A DNA stretch of 32,896 nt, from assembly GCA_027604505.1 (NCBI GenBank), contig JADIIX010000020.1, positions 186,001 to 218,896 of the forward strand. The letters are read 5' to 3'. This stretch comes from Gonapodya sp. JEL0774 (taxonomy: Eukaryota). The notes under the pieces were generated by a model, which saw only the letters and a list, made by a program, of their open reading frames with translations, was not told the origin of the DNA and did no database searches. The position numbers and the translations under genes were made by a program. This document shows positions 1 through 11,996 of this stretch, piece after piece; position 1 is the first letter of the stretch, and each line of letters starts with the position of its first letter.

Positions 1-737
1 CTGTGGACTCGAAGGGATGGCATGATCGTGGTCCCAGTACAGCCTCAGTGGCGTCAGCAGGATCGCAGCACTCGGCTCCACGCCAACAGTCAGTGCTTCC
101 GGATGTTGCGAGAATATCGAGTTGGAGCTCGATTGACTCTGGAAAGCTACCTCAACCACTCATGCTGTTAAATCCCGCGCGTCCTACCAATTCTGGGAGT
201 TCAAACAATGCCACAGTTTCGTCGGGAACAACGGGTAGCGTAGAGCAACCTCCTCCCGTTCCAGAAAAAGACAATATTGATGGGATGGTTGCCGCTGCAA
301 TCAATGGCTTTTCTTTAGGCGACAGCAATGTAGAAAAGCGAAAACCCCCCAACACGCCAACATTAAGTCAGCTGAGTTCCATGTCTCCATCTACCCGAAA
401 TACACCATCCTGGAGTGCAGGTCCAACGGGCAACATGAGCACCATTCAGAGGCAACCTTCGCGATCTGCTGGCGGACAGGCCACAACGTCAAATTTTACA
501 CCCCAGCTGCAATCATATCCACAAACTCCACCATCACATTCTCTGTATCATAGTCCGAACACGCTAGCGCAAGTCGCGAACTCAAATGCATCGCAACAGA
601 CTTTTACCCCGTTCGTTCCAGCGCTTGTAGCAAGCTCACCCACCTCTCTGTCAACTCGTTCGAACTCACCACAGCGTCCTACAGGGGTGAAGGCACTAAC
701 TTCACATTGGAATGAACGAACAAGCACCCGAGGATGA
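1..737 (+). CDS. 3' end of a gene encoding a Ser/Pro/Thr/Gln-rich low-complexity C-terminus (5' part outside window); function unknown
   Basis: Frame open from the window edge to TGA at 735-737; 244 aa of disordered-type composition; no recognisable domain. Confidence 0.65.
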   Translation, partial: VDSKGWHDRGPSTASVASAGSQHSAPRQQSVLPDVARISSWSSIDSGKLPQPLMLLNPARPTNSGSSNNATVSSGTTGSVEQPPPVPEKDNIDGMVAAAINGFSLGDSNVEKRKPPNTPTLSQLSSMSPSTRNTPSWSAGPTGNMSTIQRQPSRSAGGQATTSNFTPQLQSYPQTPPSHSLYHSPNTLAQVANSNASQQTFTPFVPALVASSPTSLSTRSNSPQRPTGVKALTSHWNERTSTRG

Positions 738-789
738 GACAGTAATTGTAACTGCTATGTATTTCGTGATAACAATATACCCGTGTTTC

Positions 790-3700
790 TTAACTCTTTG
801 CCGCAGGTGTGACTGGATGAAAGTTATTGTCAGAAATGCGTACACCGTATGGGAAAGAAGTCAGACAGTGCTCACCCTCAAACTCCACCAAAATCTCGTC
901 AGCTGCAACACTTGCGCCTTGTGATACGTTGACCTTCGCAATTTTTCCAGCCCTGGGCGCCCTCAACACGTTCTGCATCTTCATCGCCTCGACAATGGCG
1001 ATTTCCGATCCTTCCGCCACATTGTCGCCCGGCTTAACACTCAGTGAGATGACAGTACCAGGCATGGGAGCCAAAACAACGCGAGACGTGTCAAGCTTAG
1101 GCTTCTCCTTCATGTACTGGGTGGCAGTAAACTGGGCGGGGGTGTAAGTGTTGACGTTGAACTGGTGACGGAAACACACGGCTCAACGATTGCGTTCCTT
1201 GATGCAACCACAACAACGATTGTATGCTCACTAAAGTTCCGTGGTGGATCATGTTGAACCCAACGGGCAGGGGCTCTGAATATTGGACGACATAGCTCGA
1301 CCTAGCGCCGGTATCCTGTCCACCTTGCAACCGCACATTTATGAGGCTAGATTCGAGCTTCCAATCGGCATCCACAACAACTTCGGTCTTGTCGTCAATG
1401 ATGATCTAATGAAGAGAGCATTCCAGGGTAGGCATGGGTGACAGAGACCTTCTGAAATCGCGAGCGCGCTCACCTTGTACTCCTTGCCAGACCTCTCAAT
1501 AGCGAGTTTGAAGCTTTTCTTCTCCATTGTTTTGTTCCCCACGACTGCGTACATCACCCAACTCTGCGTCTCTTCGTGGAATTTGCTGACGTTTGCTTCC
1601 AGCCACGAACGGTCCCTCTGGTCCCTTCGGGCGTATGCGTACCCAGTCGCAGCAAGGAGCTCAACCGTAGACGCGGTGGTGAGCTTGTGACCACGGAAGC
1701 CCTGTGGATATTTCTCCGGCAAGTATTTAGTAGAGATCTTTCCTGCGCGGTAATCAGCTTCGGCTACGACCTCGCGAAGAAGTGGGATGTTGTGTGTGAC
1801 ACCTATTCGCAAGTTTCAACAAACATTTCCACACTTAACCAAACTTCGAAAAGCCATCACTAGAACTCACCCTTGATCACATAGGAGTCCAGCGCCTTCT
1901 CCATCAACTCCAAGGATTCCTTCCTGTCTTTGCCGTGCGTAATCAACTTACAGATCATTGGATCGTAGTACATGCTGATTTCGCTCCCTTCCCTGATACC
2001 GGAATCACAGCGCACAACGGGAGGAATGTCCCCCGTCGCCTCATAGCCCTCTGGCAGCTTCGGTTCCTGGTAGTGATTGAGGCGACCAATGGAAGGCAGG
2101 AAACGGACAGGGTCCTCCGCATACACACGAGATTCAGTGGCCCATCCAATGATCTTGATGTCTTCTTGTTTGATTGGGATATGATGCCCTGCTGCCGCAA
2201 GAATCATGAGTTCGACTAGATCGAGACCGGTAATTTGTTCGGTAATGGGGTGCTCGCTGAGGTGGCAAGAACAATAGTCAATTAGTGCCGAATGTCAGCC
2301 ACTCACAGTGAACACGTCTTTGTGGGGTAGGTAACTCACACTTGCAACCTCGTGTTCATCTCCAGGAAGTAGAAATTGCGATGCGCATCACAAAGCATCT
2401 CCACAGTCCCCGCCGAGTAGTATCCGACGTTTTTCGCCAGCGCCACAGCTTGCTCACCCATCTTGCGACGAGTCTCTGGGTCAATGTGCGTGGATGGTGC
2501 TTCTTCGATGACCTTTTGGTTTCGGCGCTGGATAGAGCATTCACGCTCTGGAAGATAGAGCTAGGAAAGCGAGGGTTGGGGGGGAAGTCAAAGACTTGAA
2601 CCCCTCAAAAACCAATCTACTCCTAAACTCGAACTCACAATATTGCCGTGCTTGTCCCCGATCAACTGAATCTCAATGTGCCTTGGATCCTCAATAAACT
2701 TCTCCACCAACAACCTGTCGTCACCGAATGATGACTTGGCCTCCGACGAGGACAACCGGAAGGCCTCCCTAGCCTCCTCGTCGTTCCAGGCGATACGCAT
2801 GCCCTTGCCTCCTCCGCCAGCGGAAGCTTTCACCATGACGGGGTAACCAATTTCACGGGCTGTTGATAAGAGTTAAGAGGATTGTTTACTGTGTCAGCGT
2901 CCATAGTTGATAACATATTGCGTCAAAAGTCGCCAGTTGATTGTACTACGCCCAAAAGTCTTCAGCGCCGTGTGTTCTGGACATCGAAACAGCCTCACCC
3001 ACAACTGTCACCGTTGAAACTCACCAATCTCTACCGCGTGTTCTGCGTCCTTGACCACACCATCGAATCCGGGAATACAGCTGACACCAGCCTGACGCGC
3101 GATAATCTTGGATTGAATTTTATCACCCATAGCGAACATGGCGGACGTGTTGGGGCCAATGAACGCAACTCCGGCCTCGTCGAGGGCCTTGACAAACTGA
3201 CTGTTTTCGGAGAGGAAACCGTAGCCTGGGAGAGATGATGAGTGAAACTGGTGAGAGTTCGTTCTATGACAGCTCCTCCGAGTCTCGAAGATCAATCGCC
3301 CTTCTGGCAAACCCACTGCACTGCTATTGACTCACCCGGGTGCACTGCTTGCGCCCCCGTCTCCTTACAAGCCCGAATAATGTTATCAATAACCAAGTAG
3401 CTCTGGTTGGTGGGCGCAGGTCCAATCAAGACAGCCTCATCAGCCTCTTGGACGTGAAGAGCGTTCGCGTCAGCCTCCGAGTAGACTGCCACAGTTTTGA
3501 TCCCCATTTTGCGGGCGGTGCGGATGACACGGCAGGCAATTTCTCCACGGTTGGCGATGAGGATCTTGTCAAAGGTCTTGTTTACATTGATTTGGAGGGG
3601 GGGAGGGGCGAGAGGTTTGGACAGGCAGCATCAGGTTTTGGTGAAGAGGATCCGAAATGAATGGAAAACAAATGGAATGAGAAGAATGAAGATTAAAAAC

Positions 3701-4243
3701 TGTACAAATTATATAATTGAGTCGAGTGAATTAGAAACATCGGGGACCATTCCTGTAACTCAAGAGGTTCCCAACCGGGGATGTGGGGATGTGGGGTTTC
3801 TTCCCACAAGTCTGTTCAGTCGGCCCCAAGAGAGTCCCAAAGGAATCTCTAGTATATGTGTCTCGGAACAAATAAATCATTCCGATATGGTCCACCCGCC
3901 AACCCCACGATATGGTGATAAGGCAAGTACCGGACAGGAGTGGCGGAAGGCGTTGCTCCACCACAACGTCGTCTGCTGATGAATCACTCACCTTCGGGTA
4001 GGTCTTTTGTGGAGTCTGTGTGGTGGCATACTGCCTTGTCTGCGACTGAGGGATGGGAGCCACAGCAGACGAGTTGCGGACCTTTGTTGGTTGGGACCGG
4101 ACTGTGCGGGATTGCAGAGGTGTCGCGGTGACCGAGACCGCGGATAGCGCGCGAGAGGCAACACGGGTAGCGGGAATCGCTGCTGTAGCAACTGAAGCCG
4201 AGGTAGCGGCCCGGGAAACAGTGATTGAGGAGAGCGATGCCAT
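790..4243 (-). CDS. PCCA: Propionyl-CoA carboxylase alpha subunit (biotin carboxylase + biotin carrier), mitochondrial precursor, ~9 introns
   Basis: ATG 4243 begins an Ala/Ser/Arg-rich presequence. Motifs [78 protein letters not shown] and biotinylation site EAMKMQN (PCC-type). GT..AG introns join the ORF fragments; last intron 875-813 gives C-terminus EFEVTPAAKS, stop 790-792. Confidence 0.93.
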
Positions 4244-4841
4244 TGGGAGGAGAGTGATCAACTTCCAGGGAGGGATGAAACAAGTACGAAAGTCAAGGGG
4301 TGTTAGAACGCGGAAAAGAAAACACAAGTCGCAAATTCGCAATCGGTTGATAGCTCACGTTCAGGTTTCGGAATTGAGAAAAAATGACGTTAGGGACTCG
4401 CGATGACAGATGTTCGACGGGAAGCAGGAGCCACCGAGTACGAGCACGCGGGACGATTGAAAAATGTTGGACTGAAAGTTGGATCGAGTTCACGGAACTG
4501 GTGGGAATTTCACACGGGAATGTGGAGAAAATGAAGTTTTGATTGAAGATTTCAGCGTGTCGGAATGAGGCGAGGGAGTTGCCGATGACAAATGGACGCT
4601 ATGACTCCATCCGAACTCCCGAAAATAAACCTGACGTGATTCCACGCCATTACGCCGTGCTATCTGTAAAGCGGATTTTGATACTTCGCTACTCTGACAA
4701 CTGTGCGAGCTATTTGCTTTTACCTGCCTCTCGCGCTCTCGTGTCTCAAACTCCCATCGGCATCCGACTCCTCCCAATCCTGTGGTTTTCGATCCCTTCC
4801 CACACCCTCAGCATTGTGAAGTATCACAATCCTCACTGCTA
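4244..4841. promoter_or_regulatory. Putative bidirectional promoter region between PCCA and PCCB
   Basis: 598 bp between divergent start codons; pyrimidine-rich tracts precede each ATG on its own strand. No specific motif identified. Confidence 0.55.
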
Positions 4842-7510
4842 ATGGCTTCTTCCCTTCCTTCAATCGTTCGGTCGGCTGCTGCGGCTGCTCGCCCAATGAT
4901 CGCCGCGACAGCTTTGAGGTCCTCTGCCCGAACTTCCCTATCTGCTGTTCGACGTATGGCGGTGGCAGCCACTCAAGGAAAAGTTAGTTGCTCTTATTTC
5001 TCCTTTTTGGAGCGTTTCGTTCGGAATCGAGCTCGCTTTGTATTGCATTTCCTTACTTTGAACTGATCCAAACCCTCGGTCATCCACTAGGAACTCTCGG
5101 ATATTATCGAGGCCGAGAGGCAGGCCGCCCACATTGGAGGGGGTATCAAGAGAATCGAAGCACAGCACGCTCGGGTGAGTTTTTAATGGACTACCCAGAG
5201 GTTTGACTTAGGTCTGTCCCGGAAGGCATCAGAGACTCTCTTCTGACAATGGTGTAGACTCTCTTCTGGCAATGGTACACACTCATTTCTTATTCGTCGA
5301 GCCGTGGTCACTTCGGTATTGAATCTACTATGGACTGGGCATAGTGCCGTTAGGCAATCCTGATCACGTCAGCACGGAGAAGGGATGATGTGAAGGGCCG
5401 ACACTTCCATCCCATTGGAAACCGACGCGCTGACTTGCCCTTCCGTATTACTTATTTCTGACTTCTCAAATACTCCCTCTCCATTCTAACCTCGTAACTC
5501 CAGGGCAAACTAACCGCCCGCGAACGTCTAGAGCTCCTTCTCGACCCTGGCTCCTTCCGCGAATTTGACCAGTTCGTGGTCCACCAATGTGTCGATTTCG
5601 GAATGGATAAAAACAAAATTACCGGTGATGGTGTGGTCACGGGTTACGGGACCATCTCTGGACGGTTGGTGTACGTGTTTTCGCAAGACTTCACCGTCTA
5701 CGGAGGGTCGTTGTCGAAGATGCACGCCCAGAAGATTTGCAAGGTGAGTCATTTTCATAAGATGGCGTGGTGCACCGTTGGGTTCTGGACGGGGGATGAG
5801 GAATCTGCGTCTGGGAAAGGTGACGCAAGGATTCTCTCAAATGCGTCATCATAGAGATGTGATTCTAATCCCTTTCTCACGTACTTCATACCCTTTGAAT
5901 TTCACGTGAAAATTCAGGTCATGGACAAAGCCATGCTCGTCGGCGCACCGGTGATTGGCCTCAACGACTCAGGTGGTGCCCGTATTCAAGAGGGTGTAGA
6001 CTCTCTTGGAGGATATGCCGATATTTTCCAGGTGGGTTGAAACTTGGAGGCGTTTGTGGGGCAAAGAGCACGTCTGGACAGAATCTATACCATAACGTCG
6101 TTTTATTTTGTTCACCAAATCATGCACACGTACCCCATTTTGAAATTTACTAGCGCAACGTGATGGCCTCCGGTGTTGTCCCTCAAATCTCCCTCATCAT
6201 GGGACCCTGCGCCGGCGGTGCTGTCTACAGTCCTGCCCTCACTGATTTCACCCTCATGGTCCGGGACTCCTCGTACCTGTTCGTCACGGGACCCGAGGTT
6301 GTCAAAGCAGTCACAAATGAGACAGTAACACAGGAAGAATTGGGTGGTGCAAAGGCGCACACATCGAAGAGTGGTGTAGCGCATTTGGCTTTTGACAATG
6401 ATGTGGAAGCGTTGAACAAGTGAGTCCTTGTACGCACGGGACGTCCCCTCACGGCCTGCAATGCACTGACGTATCATGTCCTGAAGACTACGTGAATTCA
6501 TTGATTTTCTCCCCCTCTCAAACCGCGAGGAGCCCCCAGTCCGTGTGACGGAAGATAGTCCGCTGAGGGAGGACCCCGTATTGGATGAGATCGTACCTGT
6601 GGATCCAACAAAGGCTTATGACATGAAGTATGTCGTGGAGAGGGTGAGTATATCAGATGTGAAATGAGACCTCAATAGTTACGGATCGGTAACTTTCCGG
6701 TTATTTCCAATACCCAGATTGTCGATGATGGTAACTTTTACGAAATAGCCCCCGATTTCGCCAAAAATATTATCATGGGTTTCGCGCGTATGAACGGCAA
6801 GACCGTTGGTATCGTTGGCAACCAGCCTCTCGTTTCCTCCGGTGTGTTGGACATCAACTCGTCTGTAAAGGCCGCTCGGTTCGTGCGGTTTCTGGACGCT
6901 TTCAACATCCCCATCATTACATTTGTGGACGTGCCTGGATTCCTTCCCGGTACAACTCAGGAACATGGAGGTATCATTAGACACGGCGCGAAACTGCTGT
7001 ATGCCTACGCGGAAGCAACTGTGCCCAAAATTACTGTTATTACCCGGAAGGCGTACGGAGGAGCCTACGATGTTATGGCGTCGAAGCACTTGAGGGGTGA
7101 TGTGAGTTGTTGCTAAATTACTCTGGAAGCTGAACATTTCATTGAGAGTGGACTCCCCCATCAATCAAGTCCAACTACGCATGGCCTGCCGCGGAAATCG
7201 CAGTCATGGGCGCCAAAGGCGCTGTGGAGATTATCTTCCGTGGTCTGGATGCCGAAGGCAGGCGTAAGTTATCTCTCTCAGTGATTCTGTGCTCTACGCA
7301 CTCCAAAATTCGCTTTGGATCTGCACAGGGAAAGCCGAATTAGACTATATCCGTACTTTTGCGAACCCTCTTCCGGCAGCCCAGCGCGGTTTTATTGACG
7401 ATGTGATCGAGCCCCGTTCAACGAGGAAGCGCATCATTGAGGATTTGGAGCAGCTTAAACACAAGAAGCTGACAAACCCGGCGAAGAAGCACGGAAACAT
7501 TCCTTTGTAG
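4842..7510 (+). CDS. PCCB: Propionyl-CoA carboxylase beta subunit (carboxyltransferase), mitochondrial precursor, 8 introns
   Basis: ATG 4842 with presequence [18 protein letters not shown]. Spliced motifs [72 protein letters not shown] and C-terminal KKHGNIPL. Confidence 0.95.
5233..5278 (+). repeat. 23-bp tandem duplication in PCCB intron 2
   Basis: agactctcttctgacaatggtgt / agactctcttctggcaatggtac, followed by a degenerate partial third copy. Confidence 0.85.
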
Positions 7511-7659
7511 ATGATGGGCGAAGCGAGCAGCATATGATAGTTCAGTACCATGACATTGTGTGTGAAGAGAGTGGTGGAAGTGTCAATATTATGGTCTCGT
7601 GCACATCAATGTTGATACGATCATTATGTATCGTCTGTTTCTTTGTTTTCCTTTCGTTG

Positions 7660-9099
7660 CTATTGCGGAGGCGATCCTGAGCCTTCGGATTCATTCTTCT
7701 CCCACAATTCTTTGGCTTTGGGAAGTAAGAACCGCCCTCCCTCCCATTGCTTACGGAACCACGGTGCGTAATTGCGCCATATACTGGCTCGGGAAGCCAA
7801 GACTGTCAAGAGTGTATCCACGGCGTCGCCTGGTTTGAGGTCACTCGGTTTGCTGGGAAACTGGAGGCGACTTCGAAGATTCAAAAGTGCACGACGCTTT
7901 TGAGCAATTACACGAGCCGGAATTGTCGGCATGACATTCTGGAGGAAGTTCTCTAGATCGCTTGTTTCGATGTTGAAAACAGCGGAATCCCAGTCCACGT
8001 ATCCCTCGTACGGAAGAATCAAGTGGTCGGCCATTATGATAGGAATGCATCCTGCCATAACTGAGGTGAATAGCCTTCGTGTGTCATCAGTATCGCCACG
8101 AGGACAGGGACAGAACGTGGATGATAGCATCGAAGTAGTGAAGTTAGATCCAAAGCCACGATCGGTGCCCAGGACGATGGTGCCCGGTACAGTGCGAAGG
8201 GCCTCACGAATTCTATCGCGAACCGAGAGAGCGTAGCGACGTTGGCCCATCATTATGAACGCAAGGATGGGTCGATCACGGTCAGGATGGAGAAGGGGAT
8301 CATTGGATTGAAGTTCCGTGAACTCCTCGTGCAGCTCCGGGTACGGTACAACTATGTTCCGAGAGTAAGTGTGGTAATCGAAGGCGAAAGACTCTCGGGG
8401 TGTCTCATTTTCTTTAGATGGCGGTGTGTAAAGGTGATATGAGAGGGAGATTCCAGTTCCTGAAAGCCCGCCCCAAATATTTGTCCATACAAAATTGTAT
8501 CCATGTGTGGCTAGAAATTCTGGTGAGCTAGACACCGTTTCCACGAGTTGGGATTGCGTAAGATGTTTGCATTCGTTGTTCGGGGTCGGTGGCCACTGAT
8601 CCAATTCCGCCGCACACCAAAGCGTCTGACACGTGGGAACGATGACTAGGTCAGCCTCAGAGATGTTGCTTGTGTAGCTGGGGTGGTGTGAGAGGGTTTG
8701 AGCCCATATCCACTCAAACGCAAAATGGGAATCGAATCCATCCTTATCGAGAAGCACTGATTTGATCTTCGCGTTGTGCTCGGTGCGTGCAAGTGCGTCT
8801 TTGACTAGCTGTGATACATCCCAAACGAAGAATTTCACGTTTGGAAACTGCTGTGTTGCGAGGAATACCGGACTGGTCTTGAGCGCAGAAGCAGGTAATG
8901 AGGACGTGGTGGTGGCAGGACCGAACCACGAAGAGATCTTTGCTGTGAAGGTGACTATCGCAACTCCCATCAAGGCGAAAATCTGTGCTCGGTGTCGGGT
9001 CACCCCACTTGTTGGAGACGGCTGTACAGTTCTGTTCGTGAACTGCACAGTCAACGAATAGCACGGACAATACCGAAGACATACCTTTTGATACAGCAT
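7660..9099 (-). CDS. Exostosin-like (GT47) glycosyltransferase, type II membrane protein
   Basis: N-terminal hydrophobic anchor (IFALMGVAIVTFTA); EADLVIVP, IVVPY and the GT47 signature MLSSTFCPCPRGD..TRRLFTSVMAGCIPIIMAD..ILPYEGYVDW. Probable in-frame 63-nt intron 9084-9022 (gtatgt..tacag). Confidence 0.85.
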   Translation of the reverse strand: MLYQKVCLRYCPCYSLTVQFTNRTVQPSPTSGVTRHRAQIFALMGVAIVTFTAKISSWFGPATTTSSLPASALKTSPVFLATQQFPNVKFFVWDVSQLVKDALARTEHNAKIKSVLLDKDGFDSHFAFEWIWAQTLSHHPSYTSNISEADLVIVPTCQTLWCAAELDQWPPTPNNECKHLTQSQLVETVSSSPEFLATHGYNFVWTNIWGGLSGTGISLSYHLYTPPSKENETPRESFAFDYHTYSRNIVVPYPELHEEFTELQSNDPLLHPDRDRPILAFIMMGQRRYALSVRDRIREALRTVPGTIVLGTDRGFGSNFTTSMLSSTFCPCPRGDTDDTRRLFTSVMAGCIPIIMADHLILPYEGYVDWDSAVFNIETSDLENFLQNVMPTIPARVIAQKRRALLNLRSRLQFPSKPSDLKPGDAVDTLLTVLASRASIWRNYAPWFRKQWEGGRFLLPKAKELWEKNESEGSGSPPQ

Positions 9100-9388
9100 G
9101 GATTCTGAGGCCAACTCTCTTCCAATGCTTCTTTCGGTATTTGGAGCGGTGGCGAGACTGTAATGTTATGATTGGCCCATCAAGAACTTGGAGTGGGTCA
9201 GCCGGCCATCTGACATGTTCTTCAACTCATCGTCCCATCAACAGCAATTTAACCAGAGCGCTCTGTGAACACTTTTTTCAGTGCATTAACGATTCCTAGA
9301 GGTGAATATTCGAGCATTCTTTGAGGATTAACGTTTGCAGTCTTCAACTCCTGTCGGGACTGTCAGTTCGTTCCCCCATCACAGACAG

Positions 9389-11929
9389 ATGCCACGCCAC
9401 CGCTATGACGATTCAATAATACCGCGCACTGAAGTCATGTCCAACGTTTCACGAGGACCTGTGTGGAAGGCTCGAGCATCGCGTCGTCGCCTCTTGGCAA
9501 TGCTCGCTATTACTCTCGGGGTTTACTTTGCATGTTTATGGTTGGGTTCGGAGGGTGAAAAGCGAGCCCATAATTTGTCTTCCCGCTCTGTGCAGAGTGA
9601 ACCAATGAACGATGACAGACCAGAAGGTCAGTCTCCGCTTGTGGCGGATGAACTCCACTTCTCCATCCCTCAAATTCACATACAGCCGCTCGGACAACAT
9701 GTGGATATCAAACCGGACCCACCTGTTAGAAGCGTTCCAGAAACGCGACCAGTTTACCGTGACCCGGTCACCGACCGATGGCCCATTTGTCCGTCGCAGC
9801 TCTCATTAGTAACTGCTTGCCAGAATCGCCACGATCATCTTCGCACCGCGCTAGCCTCGTGGATCCGCACTACGTCACCACTGAAGCAAATCGTCATTGT
9901 AGATTGGTCCTCGGAGCCCGGCCTGGAGTCTGTAGTGAAGGAAGTGCTTGAGGCTTGGGAGGATGACGTATACCAGGATCAAGACAAAATGAAATCGAAC
10001 AGTGACGAAGCACAAATGAAACAGTGTTGGGAACGTCCAAAGTTGATTCTGCTCCAAAGTTCGGGAGTCGAATCCGATATTCTGGCTGGTGAATCCAGCT
10101 TGGCCCTCCCTTGGATACTTTCCTGGGCCAACAATCTCGCAGCTTACGCTGCTACCATGCCCGAACTCTCGCGTGATGAATTCTCCCGTGGAATCGTCAT
10201 TTCCACAACCGATGCACACAAATACGAAGGGGGGGACCACACAATTCTCAAGCTTGATTGCGACGTAATTGTGCACCCAGATATAATCGACACTCTATCA
10301 GCGGCTGGTTGTCCATGTGGTAGAGCTCATGCTGATGGCCGAGTGTTGCCGCCAAACAGCTTTTTATCTGGCAACTGGCGAACAGCTTCTACTGAAAACG
10401 ACTTTCACCTCAATGGCGACTTTGCCGTTCGCGTCGCCGATTTTCACGCCATTCGTGGCTATGATGAAAGAATTCAGACCTACGGATGGGATGACAGTGA
10501 CCTGTACGAGCGACTGATGAGGTTGGGTGCTACTGGAGGCAACGGCACTAGGAAGGTTGATATTCCAGCTGGTTCTCTCACACACATCGCACATAGCGAT
10601 AGCGATCGAGTTTCTGGACGGGGTGGACGACGAAATTTGACGAACCTCGCGTTTGAGATCCTCCGTAATCGACTCTTGAGTGAGGCTGCCCCGGCATGGC
10701 CTGGGAACGTTACTGGATCTCGTTTCCGGCTGAGGATGGTGAATCCAGAAAAAGCATATTGTGGTGAAAATGGACGATGTTACGTGTTGCAGACTATTGG
10801 TGCCCAGTTGCTATCACACCCACCACCTCTCAAAGAGTTCGTATCAGAAGCCACACAACAGTCTATTGAGCTCACAGCCTATCGCACCACGCTTCGAAAG
10901 TATGGACTACTTGTGCCGCTTTCTTTCATGCAACTCCCGACATCCTATCTCTCTGCACTTCTCGGCACATTCACAATTGCTACACAAGGAATCACAGCCC
11001 TGGATGCTCGGCCCTCCTCTGTCCCTAAAGTTGCTGGCATTCTTACCATTGATGTGCAGCATGGATTATCAAATCGTCTTCGAGCTTTGGCGTCCGCAGC
11101 TTCAGTCGCGAAACAAGCGGGATGGCACCTGCGAGTTGTGTGGGTTCCGGATGCACACTGCGGTGCACGATTTGACGAGCTCTTCGAGGTCGGCGATCTA
11201 GATGTATGGAGCGAACCCATCGACCCCTTGGAGTGGAAAGCGGTTAAACCATTCACAAAACACTATTCGTACATGGACAGCGATGGCGGAAAAAGAGAAC
11301 CCATTGACACAATAACAGGGACTGACCCGGCCATTCGCCCGGCAACTTCTAAACAAACCTATCGTGTGCAGCAAGTGTATGTCAAAAGTGCATACCTTCT
11401 CAACCACACGGCGGGGATGAATTCAAAGGAAATAGGAAAGTTCCTCAGGTCTCTCACCCCCCGTCCATCCATCAGAAAAAAAATTGCGCTCATGAAAAAT
11501 AACTTCAGAGGCGAGTCGTATGTCGGAGTACACATACGAGCAACGCCACCGTTGGGAGAATTTGTTGGACTCCGGCCAGAAGATTACTCTGAAAAGGGTT
11601 GGAAGTCGCTGGAAACCGCGCGGCGTGCCACATCTGACGTGAACAAGTTTGTCTCTCGGCTTTCTGACAGTAAATCCGGTGTGTACTTATCGTCGGATTC
11701 ACCAATTGCGGTTCAAAAACTATTGGACAGACTGGGGCCAAGGGTTCGTTGGCTCGATAGTCAGGGCTGCATCAACCGATCAGCTCGATGTTTAGAGTAT
11801 GCAATAGCGGATCTCTGGGTGCTGGGTGGGGCGGAAAAACTTGTGGGGAGCTGGTGGTCTTCTTTCGGCGAGGTGGCTGGATATCTTGGCGGGATAGATG
11901 TTGATTATGTTGGTCGGACTGCTGACTGA
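9389..11929 (+). CDS. Intronless two-domain glycosyltransferase: TM anchor + GT-A/GT7C(galactosyltransferase)-like domain + fucosyltransferase-like GT-B domain (paralog 1)
   Basis: TM LLAMLAITLGVYFACLWL; IVIVDW, DxD motif KLDCD, GYDERIQTYGWDDSDLYERL (GT7C-like); GLSNRLRALASA, VGVHIR, YLSSD, DLWVLG..LVGSWWSSF (motifs of the GT11/GT23/O-FucT superfamily). Start may be 9389 or 9437. Confidence 0.8.
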   Translation: MPRHRYDDSIIPRTEVMSNVSRGPVWKARASRRRLLAMLAITLGVYFACLWLGSEGEKRAHNLSSRSVQSEPMNDDRPEGQSPLVADELHFSIPQIHIQPLGQHVDIKPDPPVRSVPETRPVYRDPVTDRWPICPSQLSLVTACQNRHDHLRTALASWIRTTSPLKQIVIVDWSSEPGLESVVKEVLEAWEDDVYQDQDKMKSNSDEAQMKQCWERPKLILLQSSGVESDILAGESSLALPWILSWANNLAAYAATMPELSRDEFSRGIVISTTDAHKYEGGDHTILKLDCDVIVHPDIIDTLSAAGCPCGRAHADGRVLPPNSFLSGNWRTASTENDFHLNGDFAVRVADFHAIRGYDERIQTYGWDDSDLYERLMRLGATGGNGTRKVDIPAGSLTHIAHSDSDRVSGRGGRRNLTNLAFEILRNRLLSEAAPAWPGNVTGSRFRLRMVNPEKAYCGENGRCYVLQTIGAQLLSHPPPLKEFVSEATQQSIELTAYRTTLRKYGLLVPLSFMQLPTSYLSALLGTFTIATQGITALDARPSSVPKVAGILTIDVQHGLSNRLRALASAASVAKQAGWHLRVVWVPDAHCGARFDELFEVGDLDVWSEPIDPLEWKAVKPFTKHYSYMDSDGGKREPIDTITGTDPAIRPATSKQTYRVQQVYVKSAYLLNHTAGMNSKEIGKFLRSLTPRPSIRKKIALMKNNFRGESYVGVHIRATPPLGEFVGLRPEDYSEKGWKSLETARRATSDVNKFVSRLSDSKSGVYLSSDSPIAVQKLLDRLGPRVRWLDSQGCINRSARCLEYAIADLWVLGGAEKLVGSWWSSFGEVAGYLGGIDVDYVGRTAD

Positions 11930-11996
11930 GGTTGGGCTATCATGCCGGGGACAGCGCAATGTAGAATAGTTCAGATGCTACATCATTTTGTTCAAT

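Noticed and set aside
5801..5834. Hairpin gaatctgcgtc..gacgcaaggattc in PCCB intron 3
   Set aside because: Short imperfect stem, compatible with chance; no family resemblance.
790..7510. Fragmented PCC ORFs as pseudogenes or programmed frameshifts
   Set aside because: The breaks are bounded by splice donor/acceptor signals that restore conserved frames; these are introns.
4842..7510. Methylcrotonyl-CoA or acetyl-CoA carboxylase assignment
   Set aside because: KKHGNIPL terminus, GARIQEG and the partner's AMKMQN motif fit propionyl-CoA carboxylase.
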